Notes under the pieces: model-generated
Databases searched by the model: none
What the model saw: the letters and a program-made list of their open reading frames with translations, nothing else
Told to the model about the DNA's origin: nothing
Part shown: piece after piece, positions 25,911 through 36,354 of the stretch
How positions within the stretch are numbered: position 1 is the first letter of the stretch
Layout: each line of letters opens with the position of its first letter
Made by a program: the position numbers and the translations under genes
Assembly (NCBI GenBank): GCA_019075905.1
Contig: JAGXAM010000011.1
Coordinates: 22,849-86,848, forward strand
Direction: 5' to 3'
Source of the DNA: Hyphomicrobiales bacterium
GTDB lineage: Bacteria > Pseudomonadota > Alphaproteobacteria > Rhizobiales > Beijerinckiaceae
Length of the DNA: 64,000 nt

Positions 25911-27215
25911 GGCAAGAATCAGCGGCGGCGCCGCCGCTGCCTTGTCCGAAAGCCGGTAGGCCTGCAACACCCCGGCAACGGCCGCCGCGCCCGATGCCTG
26001 ATCGCGCGCATGCACAACCGCGAGCGGCGCCCCACGCGCGATAAATTGCCCCGGCAGCGCCAGATCGCTCAGCCCCACGGCGGGATCGATGATATCTTCA
26101 ACCCGCCGCCGCCCGCCGCCAAGTTCCACCACCACCAGACCCAGCGCCCGCGTGGCGATGGCCTCTACATAGCCGCCCTTCTGGGCCGTAACCTCCAGGT
26201 GCACCGGCGCGGCCGGCAGATATTTGTCGCAATGCTCGATGAAATCGCCCGGCCCGCCCAAGGCGGCAACCATGCGCGCAAAGCGCTCCGCCGCCGCTCC
26301 CGAATGCAGGGCCGTGGCCAGCTTTGCCGCAGCTTCGCCATCGCTCGCGGCAAGCCCGCCCAGCCGCAGCATGCGCACGCCAAGCGCCATCACCACCTCG
26401 CGCAGCCGCGCATCCTCGCGTTCCCCCCTGAGCCATGCCACCGCCTGGGCGACCTCGATGGCATTGCCGGCCACCGGCGCCAAGGGCGCATCCATATTGG
26501 TGATCAGCGCCGCCGTCGGCAGCCCGCAGGCCTTGGCCACATCGACGATCGAGCCCGCCAGAGCCTCGGCCCGCTCCAGCGTCGGCATGAAGGCGCCATT
26601 GCCGCTCTTCACATCCATCACCAGACCCTGCAACCCGGCGGCCAGCTTCTTCGACAGGATCGAGGCCGTGATCAGCGGGATCGACTCAACCGTCGCCGTG
26701 ACATCGCGGATGGCATAGAGCCGCTGGTCGGCCGGGGCGAGGCGCCGGGTCTGGCCGATGATCGCCGCACCGGCCTCGCGCACCACGCGCCTGAACAGCG
26801 CGCCATCCGGTCGCGAAACATAGCCGGGGATGGTATCGAGCTTGTCGAGCGTGCCGCCGGTATGGCCAAGGCCCCGGCCTGAAATCATCGGCACATAGCC
26901 GCCGCAGGCCGCCACCAGCGGCGCTAGCATCAGGCTCACATTATCGCCGACCCCGCCGGTCGAATGCTTGTCGAGCACCGGCCCCGGCAGGTCGAGATCC
27001 GCCCAGTCCATCATGTCGCCGGACTGCGCCATGGCCCTTGTCAGTGCCACGGTCTCGTCGCGCGCGAGGCCGCGAAAAAACACCGCCATGGCAAAGGCCG
27101 CCGCCTGGCCCTCGCTGAGCGAGCCATCCGTCAAGGCGGCGATGAAAGCCGCAATATCGTCACATGCCAGCACCCCGCCATCGCGCTTGGCCCGAATGAA
27201 TTCCTGCGCCAGCAT
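25899..27215 (-). CDS. deoA: thymidine phosphorylase
   Basis: 438 aa with KHSTGGVGD, SGRGLGHTGGTLDKL and full-length pyrimidine-nucleoside phosphorylase similarity. Confidence 0.93.
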   Translation of the reverse strand: MLAQEFIRAKRDGGVLACDDIAAFIAALTDGSLSEGQAAAFAMAVFFRGLARDETVALTRAMAQSGDMMDWADLDLPGPVLDKHSTGGVGDNVSLMLAPLVAACGGYVPMISGRGLGHTGGTLDKLDTIPGYVSRPDGALFRRVVREAGAAIIGQTRRLAPADQRLYAIRDVTATVESIPLITASILSKKLAAGLQGLVMDVKSGNGAFMPTLERAEALAGSIVDVAKACGLPTAALITNMDAPLAPVAGNAIEVAQAVAWLRGEREDARLREVVMALGVRMLRLGGLAASDGEAAAKLATALHSGAAAERFARMVAALGGPGDFIEHCDKYLPAAPVHLEVTAQKGGYVEAIATRALGLVVVELGGGRRRVEDIIDPAVGLSDLALPGQFIARGAPLAVVHARDQASGAAAVAGVLQAYRLSDKAAAAPPLILASRD

Positions 27216-27216
27216 G

Positions 27217-28002
27217 TCAATAGCCCTCGCCTGCGGCGGCTTTTGCGCCCTTGATTTCCGCTAGCAACACGCCGAGAAGGCCGCTGGCCCCGAGCCGCAT
27301 ATGCGCTGGCGTCGTCCAGTCCCGGCCAAAAATGCCGTCGGCAAGATCAATGTAGCCCTGCGCCTGCTCCAGCGTGCGCAGGCCACCGGCGGCCTTGAAG
27401 CCGACATGGCCACCGCGTTCGAAAATCGCCTGCAGCATGATACGGGCGGCTTCCGGCGTCGCCGATACCGACGTCTTGCCGGTCGAAGTCTTGATGAAAT
27501 CGGCGCCCTGATCAATGGCCAGCAGCGACGCTGTTCTGACCAGTGTCGGGTCCTGCAGTTCGCCGGTTTCGAGAATGACCTTGAGAGGCCGCGTGCCGGT
27601 GAGCGCCTTGACCGCCGCGATCATGGTCGCAGCCGGCTGGACCTCGCCGGCCCTGAGCGCCCGCCACGGCATGACAAGGTCGATTTCATCAGCCCCCGCC
27701 GCCAGCGCTTGGGTGGTCGCCGCCAGCACTTCCTCAAGGCGATCCGTGCCGGCCGGAAAATTTATCACGGTTGCCACAGCCACCGGCGTTGCCGTGAGGG
27801 CCGCCCTGGCAAGGCTGACAAAGCGCGGCCAGATGCAGACTGCCGCGACATGCCCTCGCGTCATGACGGCGCGCGCGCAAAGCTCACGCACCGCATCATC
27901 GTTCGATGTGTCGTTGAGATCGGTGAGATCGAGCAGCGCCAGCGCCCGCAGCGCCTCAGCCCCGCGCAGGCTCACGATTGCGGCCTTGTGGTGGCGCTCC
28001 AC
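27217..28002 (-). CDS. deoC: deoxyribose-phosphate aldolase
   Basis: LRALALLDLTDLND, FIKTSTGK (Schiff-base Lys region). An alternative GTG start at 27975 would give a GTGA overlap with the upstream PNP stop. Confidence 0.92.
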   Translation of the reverse strand: MERHHKAAIVSLRGAEALRALALLDLTDLNDTSNDDAVRELCARAVMTRGHVAAVCIWPRFVSLARAALTATPVAVATVINFPAGTDRLEEVLAATTQALAAGADEIDLVMPWRALRAGEVQPAATMIAAVKALTGTRPLKVILETGELQDPTLVRTASLLAIDQGADFIKTSTGKTSVSATPEAARIMLQAIFERGGHVGFKAAGGLRTLEQAQGYIDLADGIFGRDWTTPAHMRLGASGLLGVLLAEIKGAKAAAGEGY

Positions 28003-28820
28003 ACGTCTTCCTTGGTGCGCAGAAACGTCCGCACCAGCCGCTTCAGGCTGATCGACCCCTTCAGCGCCATGTCTTTGGTTTCGCCATGGGTCGGGTGCCC
28101 GCCCTTGACCCCCGTGGCGTAGTTGGTGACCATCGACAGCGCCCCGACCCGCAGGCCCAGCCGCCGCGCGATAATCACCTCCGGCACCGTTGACATGCCA
28201 ACAAGATCGGCCCCCAGCGTCCGCGCCATGCGGATTTCCGCCGCCGTTTCAAACGATGGCCCGCTGAACCACATATAGACGGCTTCGTGCAGCGCCGTGC
28301 CGGTCAGCGATGCCGCATGCTTGAAGCGCCGCAACAGCCGCGGATCATAAGCATCGACCATCGACACAAAGCCATGATCGCCGCCCGAACCCAGCAACGG
28401 GTTCTGGCCGTTGAAATTGATGTGATCCGTAATCAGCGCCAGCGAACCCGGCGCGATATCGGCGCGGCATGAGCCTGACGAATTGGTCAGCACGACAATC
28501 TGCACGCCCAGCTTGTGCAGCGTATCGAGCGGCGTGAACATGGTCGCCGGGTCGCCGCTTTCGTAATAATGCGAGCGGCCTTGCAGATAGGCGACCCTGG
28601 TGCCTTCCTGCGTGCCGATAACGAGGCGCCCGGCATGGCCGGATATGCTGCCCACCGGAAAGCCGGGCAGGTCGGCATAGGGAATGACCAGCGGGTCTTC
28701 GAGCGCATCGGCCAGGCTGCCAAGCCCGGTGCCAAGCACCACGGCTGCCTCGATCTCCCCCCTGAGGCCGCGTTCGCGGATGATCTCGACGCATGATTCA
28801 GCTTGGTTGATAGCTATCAT
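27972..28820 (-). CDS. purine nucleoside phosphorylase (trimeric PNP/PunA type)
   Basis: GHAGRLVIG, GRSHYYE, SGPSFETAAEIRM, GADLVGMSTVPEVI. Confidence 0.9.
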   Translation of the reverse strand: MIAINQAESCVEIIRERGLRGEIEAAVVLGTGLGSLADALEDPLVIPYADLPGFPVGSISGHAGRLVIGTQEGTRVAYLQGRSHYYESGDPATMFTPLDTLHKLGVQIVVLTNSSGSCRADIAPGSLALITDHINFNGQNPLLGSGGDHGFVSMVDAYDPRLLRRFKHAASLTGTALHEAVYMWFSGPSFETAAEIRMARTLGADLVGMSTVPEVIIARRLGLRVGALSMVTNYATGVKGGHPTHGETKDMALKGSISLKRLVRTFLRTKEDVWSATTRPQS

Positions 28821-29227
28821 CGCGCGAGGTGCTCCTTGGCTAGATTGTCGGGCCCGAATGAATCCGGCAGCAGCTGTTTCAGTGCATAAATCTTTATAAC
28901 TGCATGCTCATCGATGCAATGAACCCTTGTCTCATCGCTGCCAAATTCGCGGATGCGCTGCCGGCAGGCCCCGCATGGCGTCACCAGCCCCTGCCCCGCG
29001 ACCGCCAGCGCCACAATGCGCCTGCCGCCCCCGGCAATCATCGCCGCAATGGCCCCGGCCTCGGCGCAGGTGCCGACCGGATAGGCGGCATTTTCGACAT
29101 TGCAGCCGGCGTACAGGACGCCGTTCTCATCGATCAGCGCCGCCCCGACAGCAAAGCGCGAATAGGGTGCATAGGCGCGGGCCCGCACCGCCCGTGCTGC
29201 CGCAAAAAGGGCGTCCAGATCATTCAT
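28817..29227 (-). CDS. cdd: cytidine deaminase
   Basis: Start at MNDLDALF (ATGA overlap with the permease stop). Zn motifs CAEAGAI and PCGACRQ. The longer ORF-track start at 29446 lies inside the permease gene. Confidence 0.9.
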   Translation of the reverse strand: MNDLDALFAAARAVRARAYAPYSRFAVGAALIDENGVLYAGCNVENAAYPVGTCAEAGAIAAMIAGGGRRIVALAVAGQGLVTPCGACRQRIREFGSDETRVHCIDEHAVIKIYALKQLLPDSFGPDNLAKEHLAR

Positions 29228-30195
29228 GCGCGTGCCTTGATATAGGGCACACCGGAGGCGCGCGGCGCTATGGCAGCGCCGATAAAGCCCGACAGCAAAA
29301 TCACCGTGGCGAGATAAGGCAGGGCCTGCACCGCCTGCACCGGCACCTTGCCAATGCCCGGAAGCACGAGGCCCTGCAGGCGATCGGCAATGGCATTGAG
29401 CAAGCCGAACACGAAGCATGTCGCCAGCGCCGGCCAGGGCCGCCATTTGGCAAAAACCAGCGCCGCCAGCGCGATAAAGCCGGTGCCGGCGGTCATGTCG
29501 CGCAGAAACCCGGCATTAGCGGCAACTGACAGATAAGTGCCGCCAAGGCCGCAATAAAGCCCGCACAGCGCCACCCCGGCATAGCGCATGGCGCGCACCG
29601 AAATGCCGGCATTGTCGGCGGCTGCCGGATTTTCCCCGACCGCCCGCAGCCTGAGGCCGAAGCGCGTTGACTTGAGCACATAGGCCGTGACCGGCACCAG
29701 CGCCAGGGCGGCATAAACCGGCAAGGCGTGGCCCGAGATCACCTGCGCATAAAGCGGCCCGATCCATGGCACATGCGCCAGAGCCGCGCTTCCCGGCAGG
29801 TGCAGGCCGCGGAACCGCGCCGCGCCTGCCAAAGGCGGCGTGCGCCCGCCATGGTGATACCAGGCATTACCGACCAGCGCCGTCAGGCCGGAGGCCGCCA
29901 TGTTCAAGGCCGCCCCGGAGACAATCTGGTTGCCATTGCGGTCAATGGCGGCATAGCCATGCGCGAAGGCCAGCGCCAGCGAGGCGACGATGCCCGCCGC
30001 CAGACCAACAAAGGCATTGCCGCTGGCACTCGCCGCCGCGGCGGCGGCAAAGGCCGCCACCAGCAGCTTGCCCTCAAGCGCAATATCGACGATGCCGGCG
30101 CGCTCCGACCACAGCCCGGCAAGGCAGGCGCACAGCAGCGGCGTGGTATAGTCCAACGCGGCACTGAGGCCGGACGTGATGAGGGCGCTGTTCAT
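29224..30195 (-). CDS. ABC transporter permease (BMP/nucleoside-type, second permease)
   Basis: 323 aa and polytopic. Start/stop overlaps with both neighbours. Confidence 0.88.
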   Translation of the reverse strand: MNSALITSGLSAALDYTTPLLCACLAGLWSERAGIVDIALEGKLLVAAFAAAAAASASGNAFVGLAAGIVASLALAFAHGYAAIDRNGNQIVSGAALNMAASGLTALVGNAWYHHGGRTPPLAGAARFRGLHLPGSAALAHVPWIGPLYAQVISGHALPVYAALALVPVTAYVLKSTRFGLRLRAVGENPAAADNAGISVRAMRYAGVALCGLYCGLGGTYLSVAANAGFLRDMTAGTGFIALAALVFAKWRPWPALATCFVFGLLNAIADRLQGLVLPGIGKVPVQAVQALPYLATVILLSGFIGAAIAPRASGVPYIKARA

Positions 30196-31295
30196 GTGGC
30201 CGCGGCCCCCGCATATCGCCCCGCCAGCAGCGCCCGGATACGGGCGCGAAACAGCCCTTCCAGCGCGCCCGCGAAATAGACGACAAGCCCCTGGATCACC
30301 AGAATCATGTCGCGCGTCACCGCCGGGACATCGAAAGCCAGTTCCGTCCCGCCCTGGTAGAGCATGCCGAACAGCAGCCCCGCGAGCGCCACGCCCAGCG
30401 GATGCCCCCGGCCCATCAGCGCCACGGCAATGCCGACAAAGCCGAAGCCTGAGGTAAAGTCGATCAGCAGGCGCCCCTGCGACCCCATCACCTCATTGAC
30501 CGCCATACCGCCCGCCAGCGCCCCGGAAACCAGCATGGCGACAATGATCATCGTCCCGGCTGAAATCCCCGCATAGGCCGCCGCCCGGCGGTTAACCCCG
30601 GCGACGCGCAAACCAAAGCCACTGCGGGTGCGAAACAGCCACAGCCACACGCCAAATGCAGAGAGAAGCGCCAGAATGAAGGCGCCATTGAGCGGCGTCG
30701 GTGTCACATCAAGGCCAAGGGCCTGCGCCGCATGGCTGAACGCCGGCATGCGCGCATGTGCCGGCAAGGCGGCGCTTTCCGGCTGCATGTCGCCCTTGGG
30801 GCGCAGCACATTGACCAGCAGATAGGACATGAGGTCGGTTGCCAGCCAGTTGAACATGATGGTGGTGATGACGATATGGCTGCCGCGCCGCGCCTGCAGC
30901 CACGCCGGGATCAGGGCCCACAGCGCCCCGAAAGCCGCACCGGCACAAACGCACAGTGGCACCAGCAGCCAGGGACTAAGCCCCGGCAGGGCCAGCGCCA
31001 TCAGCGTCACGCCGAGGCCGGCGACATAGGCCTGCCCGTCGGCGCCGATGTTGAACAGGCCGGCCTGATAGGCGACAGCAACGGCAAGACCGGCAAAGAT
31101 GAAATCGGTGGTATAAAACAGGGTATAGCCGAGGCGCGCGCCAGAGCCGAGGCTCCCGGCAATCATCAGCCGGGCGACGATCAGCGGATTTTCGCCGATA
31201 ACCAGCACCACCAGCCCGGACACCAGAAACGCAAAGCCGATGGTGGCCAAGGGCACCAGCACCGCTTCGGCAAGGGCACGCTGGCGCGGGTTCAT
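30192..31295 (-). CDS. ABC transporter permease (BMP/nucleoside-type, first permease)
   Basis: Start at [11 protein letters not shown] (ATGA overlap with the ATPase stop at 31292). Polytopic. Confidence 0.88.
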   Translation of the reverse strand: MNPRQRALAEAVLVPLATIGFAFLVSGLVVLVIGENPLIVARLMIAGSLGSGARLGYTLFYTTDFIFAGLAVAVAYQAGLFNIGADGQAYVAGLGVTLMALALPGLSPWLLVPLCVCAGAAFGALWALIPAWLQARRGSHIVITTIMFNWLATDLMSYLLVNVLRPKGDMQPESAALPAHARMPAFSHAAQALGLDVTPTPLNGAFILALLSAFGVWLWLFRTRSGFGLRVAGVNRRAAAYAGISAGTMIIVAMLVSGALAGGMAVNEVMGSQGRLLIDFTSGFGFVGIAVALMGRGHPLGVALAGLLFGMLYQGGTELAFDVPAVTRDMILVIQGLVVYFAGALEGLFRARIRALLAGRYAGAAAT

Positions 31296-32818
31296 GCCGC
31301 CTCCGCATTGATGCCGGCCATCAGCAGGCCGAGGTCGCGCTCGCTCGTCATTTCGGGGCGGCGCTCGCCGCTGATGCGCCCGTTGCACATCACCAGAATA
31401 CGGTCCGCCAGCGCTAGAATCTCATCGAGTTCGACCGAGACCAGCAGAACCGCCACCCCGGCATCGCGCAGCGCCACGATCTGCTTGTGAATGAATTCGA
31501 TCGCGCCAATATCGACGCCGCGCGTCGGCTGGCCGATCAGCAGGATTTTGGGATGGCGCAGGATTTCGCGCGCCAGCACCAGCTTTTGCTGGTTGCCGCC
31601 GGAAAAGCCCGAGGTCACCAGATCAGGATCAGGCGGGCGCACATCAAAGGCCTGCATCTTGGCCCGGCAATCGGCATTGATCGCCGCCTGGTTCATGAAC
31701 AACCCGCCAAAAGCGCGATCACCAGCATACCCGAGCAAGGCGCTCTGGCTGGCACTGAACGGCATGACCAGCCCGCAGCCCTGCCGGTCTTCCGGCACGT
31801 GCATGACACCCTCGGCGCGCAGCCTTGCAGGATGACGCCCGCCCGGCGGCAGATCATGCCCGAACATGGCGAGCGTGCCGCTCTGCGGCATGATGAGCCC
31901 GGCCAGCACTTCCAGCAATTCTGACTGGCCATTGCCGGAAACGCCGGCAATGCCGACAATCTCGCCGGCATGAAGCTCAAGCCCGACATGATCAAGCAGC
32001 ACGCTGCCATCAGCGCCGCGCAGGCAAAGGTCACGCGCTTCCAGCACCCGCTCGCCGGCGACGCCGGGATTTTTCGAGACCCGCAGCGCCACCTTGCGCC
32101 CGACCATCGCCTCGGCCAGTTCCGCCGCCGTCGTCTGGCTGGTCGCAAGGCTGGCGACGATCTGCCCCGCCCGCATCACGGAAATTTCGCTGGTCAGTTC
32201 CAGCACTTCGCGCAACTTGTGGGTGATCAGCACGATGGTGCGGCCCTCGGCATGCAGGCGGCGCAGCAAGGTGAACAGCTTGGCGGTTTCATCGGGCGTC
32301 AGCACCGAGGTCGGCTCGTCGAGAATGAGAATGCGGGCATCGCGCACCAGCGCCTTCAGCAATTCCACCCGTTGGCGCTGGCCGACATCGAGGCTGGCCA
32401 CCAGCGCATCAGGATCGACCACGAGATCATAATCGCGCGCCAGCACGGCAAGCTTCTCGCGCACCGCCTTGGCGCCGCGCCGCAGGCGCAGGCCGCCCTC
32501 GGCCCCGAGCATGATATTGTCGATGACGCTCATGGCCTCCACCAGCATGAAATGCTGGTGGACCATGCCGAGCCCGAGCCGCATGGCATCGCCCGGCGAC
32601 CTGATCCGCGCCGTGGCACCATTGACACGAATTTCGCCGCTGTCGGCCCCGTAAAAGCCGAACAGGATCGACATCAATGTCGATTTGCCGGCGCCATTCT
32701 CGCCAACCAGCCCGTGGATGGTTCCGCGCCTGACGCGCAGATCTACCCCGCGATTGGCCATCGTCGCGCCGAAACGCTTGGTGATGGCGACCGCCTCAAC
32801 GGCGTAATCCTGCTCCAT
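31292..32818 (-). CDS. ABC transporter ATP-binding protein with duplicated ATPase domains
   Basis: 508 aa. First half has Walker [10 protein letters not shown], signature [10 protein letters not shown] and ILDEPT. Second half has GVSGNGQSE, signature FSGGNQQK and [10 protein letters not shown]. Confidence 0.93.
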   Translation of the reverse strand: MEQDYAVEAVAITKRFGATMANRGVDLRVRRGTIHGLVGENGAGKSTLMSILFGFYGADSGEIRVNGATARIRSPGDAMRLGLGMVHQHFMLVEAMSVIDNIMLGAEGGLRLRRGAKAVREKLAVLARDYDLVVDPDALVASLDVGQRQRVELLKALVRDARILILDEPTSVLTPDETAKLFTLLRRLHAEGRTIVLITHKLREVLELTSEISVMRAGQIVASLATSQTTAAELAEAMVGRKVALRVSKNPGVAGERVLEARDLCLRGADGSVLLDHVGLELHAGEIVGIAGVSGNGQSELLEVLAGLIMPQSGTLAMFGHDLPPGGRHPARLRAEGVMHVPEDRQGCGLVMPFSASQSALLGYAGDRAFGGLFMNQAAINADCRAKMQAFDVRPPDPDLVTSGFSGGNQQKLVLAREILRHPKILLIGQPTRGVDIGAIEFIHKQIVALRDAGVAVLLVSVELDEILALADRILVMCNGRISGERRPEMTSERDLGLLMAGINAEAA

Positions 32819-32824
32819 AGCCTG

Positions 32825-33829
32825 TTACAGCGGGCATTTATTGTCCGTCATGTAATCATGCACCTGAATGCCGCCCCCAATAATGGCCGCGGTCGCACCA
32901 TTCACCGCCTTGATCATGGCCGGTGTGATCAGCGCCTTGTTGGAATCATCCTGCGCCCAGCCGATGCCGCCTTCCTTCAGGCCGAGCACGACTACGCCCG
33001 GCTTCCATTTCCCGGCATTGGCATCCGAAAAGGTCTTGTAGACGGCGGTATCGACGCGCTTCAGCATCGAGGTCAGCACCTTGCCGGGAAACAGCGCATC
33101 CTGGTCGCTGTCAACGCCAATGCCGAGCTTGCCGGCATCGGCCGCCGCCCGCAGCACACCCACGCCGCTGCCACCGGCGGCATGATAAATCACATCGGCA
33201 CCTTCAGCGATCTGCGCCTTGGCCAGTTCACCGCCCTTGACCGGATCATTCCAGGCCGCGCCGGTCGTGCCGATCATGTTCTGAAGGACGACATCCTTGG
33301 GCGCGGCATATTTCACGCCCTGCGCATAGCCGCATTCAAATTTGCGAATCAGCGGAATATCCATGCCGCCGACAAAGCCGACCTTGCCGGTTTTGGAAGC
33401 CAGCGCCGCCAGAATACCGACCAGAAACGAGCCTTCCTGCTCCTTGAACACAATCGATTCGACATTTGGGGCTTTCACCACCGAATCGACAATGGCAAAT
33501 TCTGTCTTGGGGAAATCCGGCGCCACCTTGGCCAGCGCGCTGGCCTGCGAAAAGCCGATGGCGATGATCGGGCTATAACCATCCTGCGCGAATTTGCGCA
33601 TTGCCTGCTCGCGCTGGGCATCGTTCTGGATTTCAAAGTCGCGGAAGGCGACGCCGGTGTCCTTCTGGAACTTCAGCGCCCCGTGATACGCGCCTTCATT
33701 GAAACTCTTGTCGGATTTGCCGCCGAGATCATAGATAATCGCCGGCTTGATGGTGGCCGCAAGCGCCGCACCGCTGCAGGCTAGGCCCAGCGCAAGGGTT
33801 GCAAGACGGGTCAGGTTTTTCGCAATCAT
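32825..33829 (-). CDS. BMP-family (Med/PnrA-like) ABC substrate-binding protein, probable nucleoside binding
   Basis: Start at MIAKNLTRLATLALGLACSGAALA (signal peptide). DKSFNEGAY and GFVGGMDIPLI motifs are typical of the Bmp family. Confidence 0.9.
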   Translation of the reverse strand: MIAKNLTRLATLALGLACSGAALAATIKPAIIYDLGGKSDKSFNEGAYHGALKFQKDTGVAFRDFEIQNDAQREQAMRKFAQDGYSPIIAIGFSQASALAKVAPDFPKTEFAIVDSVVKAPNVESIVFKEQEGSFLVGILAALASKTGKVGFVGGMDIPLIRKFECGYAQGVKYAAPKDVVLQNMIGTTGAAWNDPVKGGELAKAQIAEGADVIYHAAGGSGVGVLRAAADAGKLGIGVDSDQDALFPGKVLTSMLKRVDTAVYKTFSDANAGKWKPGVVVLGLKEGGIGWAQDDSNKALITPAMIKAVNGATAAIIGGGIQVHDYMTDNKCPL

Positions 33830-33930
33830 GGCAGGCTCCGCAGGATCAAGACACCAGCTTCGGGAGACGATCTCCCGATCCTGCGCAAATGTGGCACGCG
33901 CCGCGCCGCGCCGCAAGGAAGCGCGCGCCT

Positions 33931-35028
33931 TCAGCCGCAAAAATGCTTTGAGAGCTTGAGGCCCTGCGCCTGATAATTCGAGGCCAGTCCGACGCCATAA
34001 AGCGCGCGCGGCGGCGCGGCCATGCGCTCATAGACCAGTCGCGCCACCATCTGCCCGTCTTCGAGCACGAAGGGCACATCACGCGAGCGCACTTCCAGCA
34101 CCGCCCGCGCGCCCGTCCCCATGGCCTCATGGGCACCAAAGCCCGGATCGAAGAACCCGGCATAGTGCACGCGAAATTCCCCGACCAGCGGATCGAACGG
34201 CGTCATTTCCGCAGCATGGTCCGGTGGCACGCGAACGGCCTCGCGCGACGCCAAAATGTAAAATTCGCCAGGATCGAGCACGAGATCGCGATGCCTTCCG
34301 GCATGGATCGGCTCCCAGAAATCGGCGGCGGCGAGCGCCCCGGCAACATCGACATCGATCAGGCCGGTAAAGCGCCGGGCGCGGTAACCGATCAGCTTGT
34401 CGGCGCCAAACCCCGCCAGATCGACCGAAACCCCGACGCCAAGCGCAATCGAGGGCGAGGGCGTGGTGACGAGATGGTCGCGCTCGTGCAGCCTGCGGTG
34501 CTCGACATCATCAAGCCGCGCCTGGCCGCTGCGAAACCGCATCTGGCTGAGCCGCGAGCCCTCGCGCACCAGCACCGGAAAGGTGCGCGGCGATATTTCC
34601 GCATAGACCGGGCCACGATAGCCGGGTGCAATCTGGTCGAAGGCCGAGGAATGGTCGGCAATGACCCGGGTGAAGACATCGATGCGCCCGGTCGAGCTCT
34701 TGGGATTGGCGGAAGCCGCGACATCGCCCGGCAAGGCGAGGCTTTCCTGCACTTCGGCGAGATAAATCGTGCCTGCCTCCAGCACCGCACCGCCAGCAAG
34801 GTCGATTTCATGCAAGGCGAGGCGCTCGACCGCCTCGCGCACGGTTCGCCCCGATCCCGGCAGAAAGCTGGCGCGCAGCCGCCAGCAGCGGGCGCCGAGC
34901 CGCAGATCGAGGCTGGCGGGCTGCACCTGACCTTGCACCAGCGGGCGCTGGCTGGCGATCGCCCCGCCCTCCTGAAGCGCCTTGATATGATGATCGGGCA
35001 AAATCCCGGCTGGTCGGTGATCTGTCAT
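33931..35028 (-). CDS. 2'-deoxycytidine 5'-triphosphate deaminase, long (~365 aa) DCD family
   Basis: Start at MTDHRPAGILPD. Length and sequence resemble the alphaproteobacterial long dCTP deaminase family (Pfam DCD, from memory). Same strand as the transporter/deo genes. Confidence 0.8.
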   Translation of the reverse strand: MTDHRPAGILPDHHIKALQEGGAIASQRPLVQGQVQPASLDLRLGARCWRLRASFLPGSGRTVREAVERLALHEIDLAGGAVLEAGTIYLAEVQESLALPGDVAASANPKSSTGRIDVFTRVIADHSSAFDQIAPGYRGPVYAEISPRTFPVLVREGSRLSQMRFRSGQARLDDVEHRRLHERDHLVTTPSPSIALGVGVSVDLAGFGADKLIGYRARRFTGLIDVDVAGALAAADFWEPIHAGRHRDLVLDPGEFYILASREAVRVPPDHAAEMTPFDPLVGEFRVHYAGFFDPGFGAHEAMGTGARAVLEVRSRDVPFVLEDGQMVARLVYERMAAPPRALYGVGLASNYQAQGLKLSKHFCG

Positions 35029-35136
35029 GATATTGCCACCCTTAAGCATTTGCAGCTTTGACGCCAACAGGCCGGAGCGCTAGAGTCCACAGCTTCATCG
35101 GCGCGCAGGCGCAAAATCAGCAGAAAGATAGCAATT

Positions 35137-36348
35137 ATGACAACAGCTCACGGCAACGGATCCCATCCGGCCACACAGCTCGTGCATGGCGGAACGCTGC
35201 GCTCGCAATTTGGCGAGATGTCGGAAGCCATTTTTCTGACCCAGAGCTACGCCTATGACACGATGGAATCCGCCGAAGCCCGCTTCAAGGGCGAGGCCCC
35301 CGGTTTCATCTATGCGCGCTATGGCAACCCGACCGTGGCCATGTTTGAAAAGCGCATGGCCCTGCTCGAAGGCGCCGAGGCGGCGCGCGCCACCGCCAGC
35401 GGCATGGCCGCCATCACCGCAGCGCTTATGGGTCAGGTGCGCGCCGGGGATCATGTGGTCGCGGCCCGGGCGCTGTTTGGCTCGTGTCTTTATGTGGTCG
35501 AGGATCTTCTGCCGCGCTTTGGCGTGGCGACGACGCTGGTCGATGGCGAGAACCCCAATGCCTGGCGTGCCGCCATGCGCCCCAACACCAAAACCTGCTT
35601 CATCGAAACCCCGACCAACCCCAATCTCGGCCTCGTCGATATTGCCGCTGTCGCCACCATTGCCCATGAGCACGGCGCAACCCTCGTGGTCGACAATGTC
35701 TTTGCCTCGCCGATGCTGCAGCACCCCTTGCAGCTCGGGGCCGATTGCGTGGTCTATTCAACTACCAAGCACGTCGATGGCCAGGGCCGCTGCCTTGGCG
35801 GCGTCATTCTCGCCTCCGAAGCCTTCATCAACACCCATATCCATAATTATCTGCGCCAGACTGGCCCGGCGCTGTCGCCTTTCAACGCCTGGGTCATGCT
35901 GAAGGGCATGGAGACGCTGGCCCTGCGGGTTGATCGCCAGAGCGCCAATGCTGCCGCGCTGGCCGACATGCTGGCGGAGCACCCTTGCGTCACCAAAGTG
36001 CTTTATCCCGGCCGCGCCGATCATCCGCAAGCGGAACTGGCCCGCCGCCAGATGAAAGGCGGCGGCACCCTGGTGGCCTTCGAGGTTGCGGGCGGCAAAC
36101 CGGCGGCCTTTGCCATGGCCAATGCGCTGGAAGTGGTGAAAATCTCCAATAATCTCGGCGATGCCAAGAGCATGATCACCCATCCCGCCACGACGACGCA
36201 CCAACGTCTGACGCCGCAGGCCCGGGCCACGCTCGGCATCAGCGACGGCATGTTGCGCCTGTCCTGCGGCATCGAGGACGAGCGCGACCTGATCCATGAT
36301 TTCCTGCAGGCTTTCGAGCGTGCCGCGCATCTGCTGGCCGCCGAATAA
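35137..36348 (+). CDS. metZ: O-succinylhomoserine sulfhydrylase (Cys/Met-metabolism PLP enzyme)
   Basis: 403 aa. YSTTKHVDGQG (PLP lysine) and overall MetZ/MetB family similarity. Confidence 0.88.
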   Translation: MTTAHGNGSHPATQLVHGGTLRSQFGEMSEAIFLTQSYAYDTMESAEARFKGEAPGFIYARYGNPTVAMFEKRMALLEGAEAARATASGMAAITAALMGQVRAGDHVVAARALFGSCLYVVEDLLPRFGVATTLVDGENPNAWRAAMRPNTKTCFIETPTNPNLGLVDIAAVATIAHEHGATLVVDNVFASPMLQHPLQLGADCVVYSTTKHVDGQGRCLGGVILASEAFINTHIHNYLRQTGPALSPFNAWVMLKGMETLALRVDRQSANAAALADMLAEHPCVTKVLYPGRADHPQAELARRQMKGGGTLVAFEVAGGKPAAFAMANALEVVKISNNLGDAKSMITHPATTTHQRLTPQARATLGISDGMLRLSCGIEDERDLIHDFLQAFERAAHLLAAE

Positions 36349-36354
36349 GGCCGC

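Noticed and set aside
35029-35136. Possible SAM-II (metA-type) riboswitch upstream of metZ, because the leader contains TTTGCAGCTTTG and a second CAGCTTC.
   Set aside because: I could not find the conserved 3' AAAGCU pseudoknot strand or a convincing P1. The similarity is limited to a few nucleotides. A cmsearch with RF00521 would settle it. The metK leader (23851-24007) also shows nothing recognisable.
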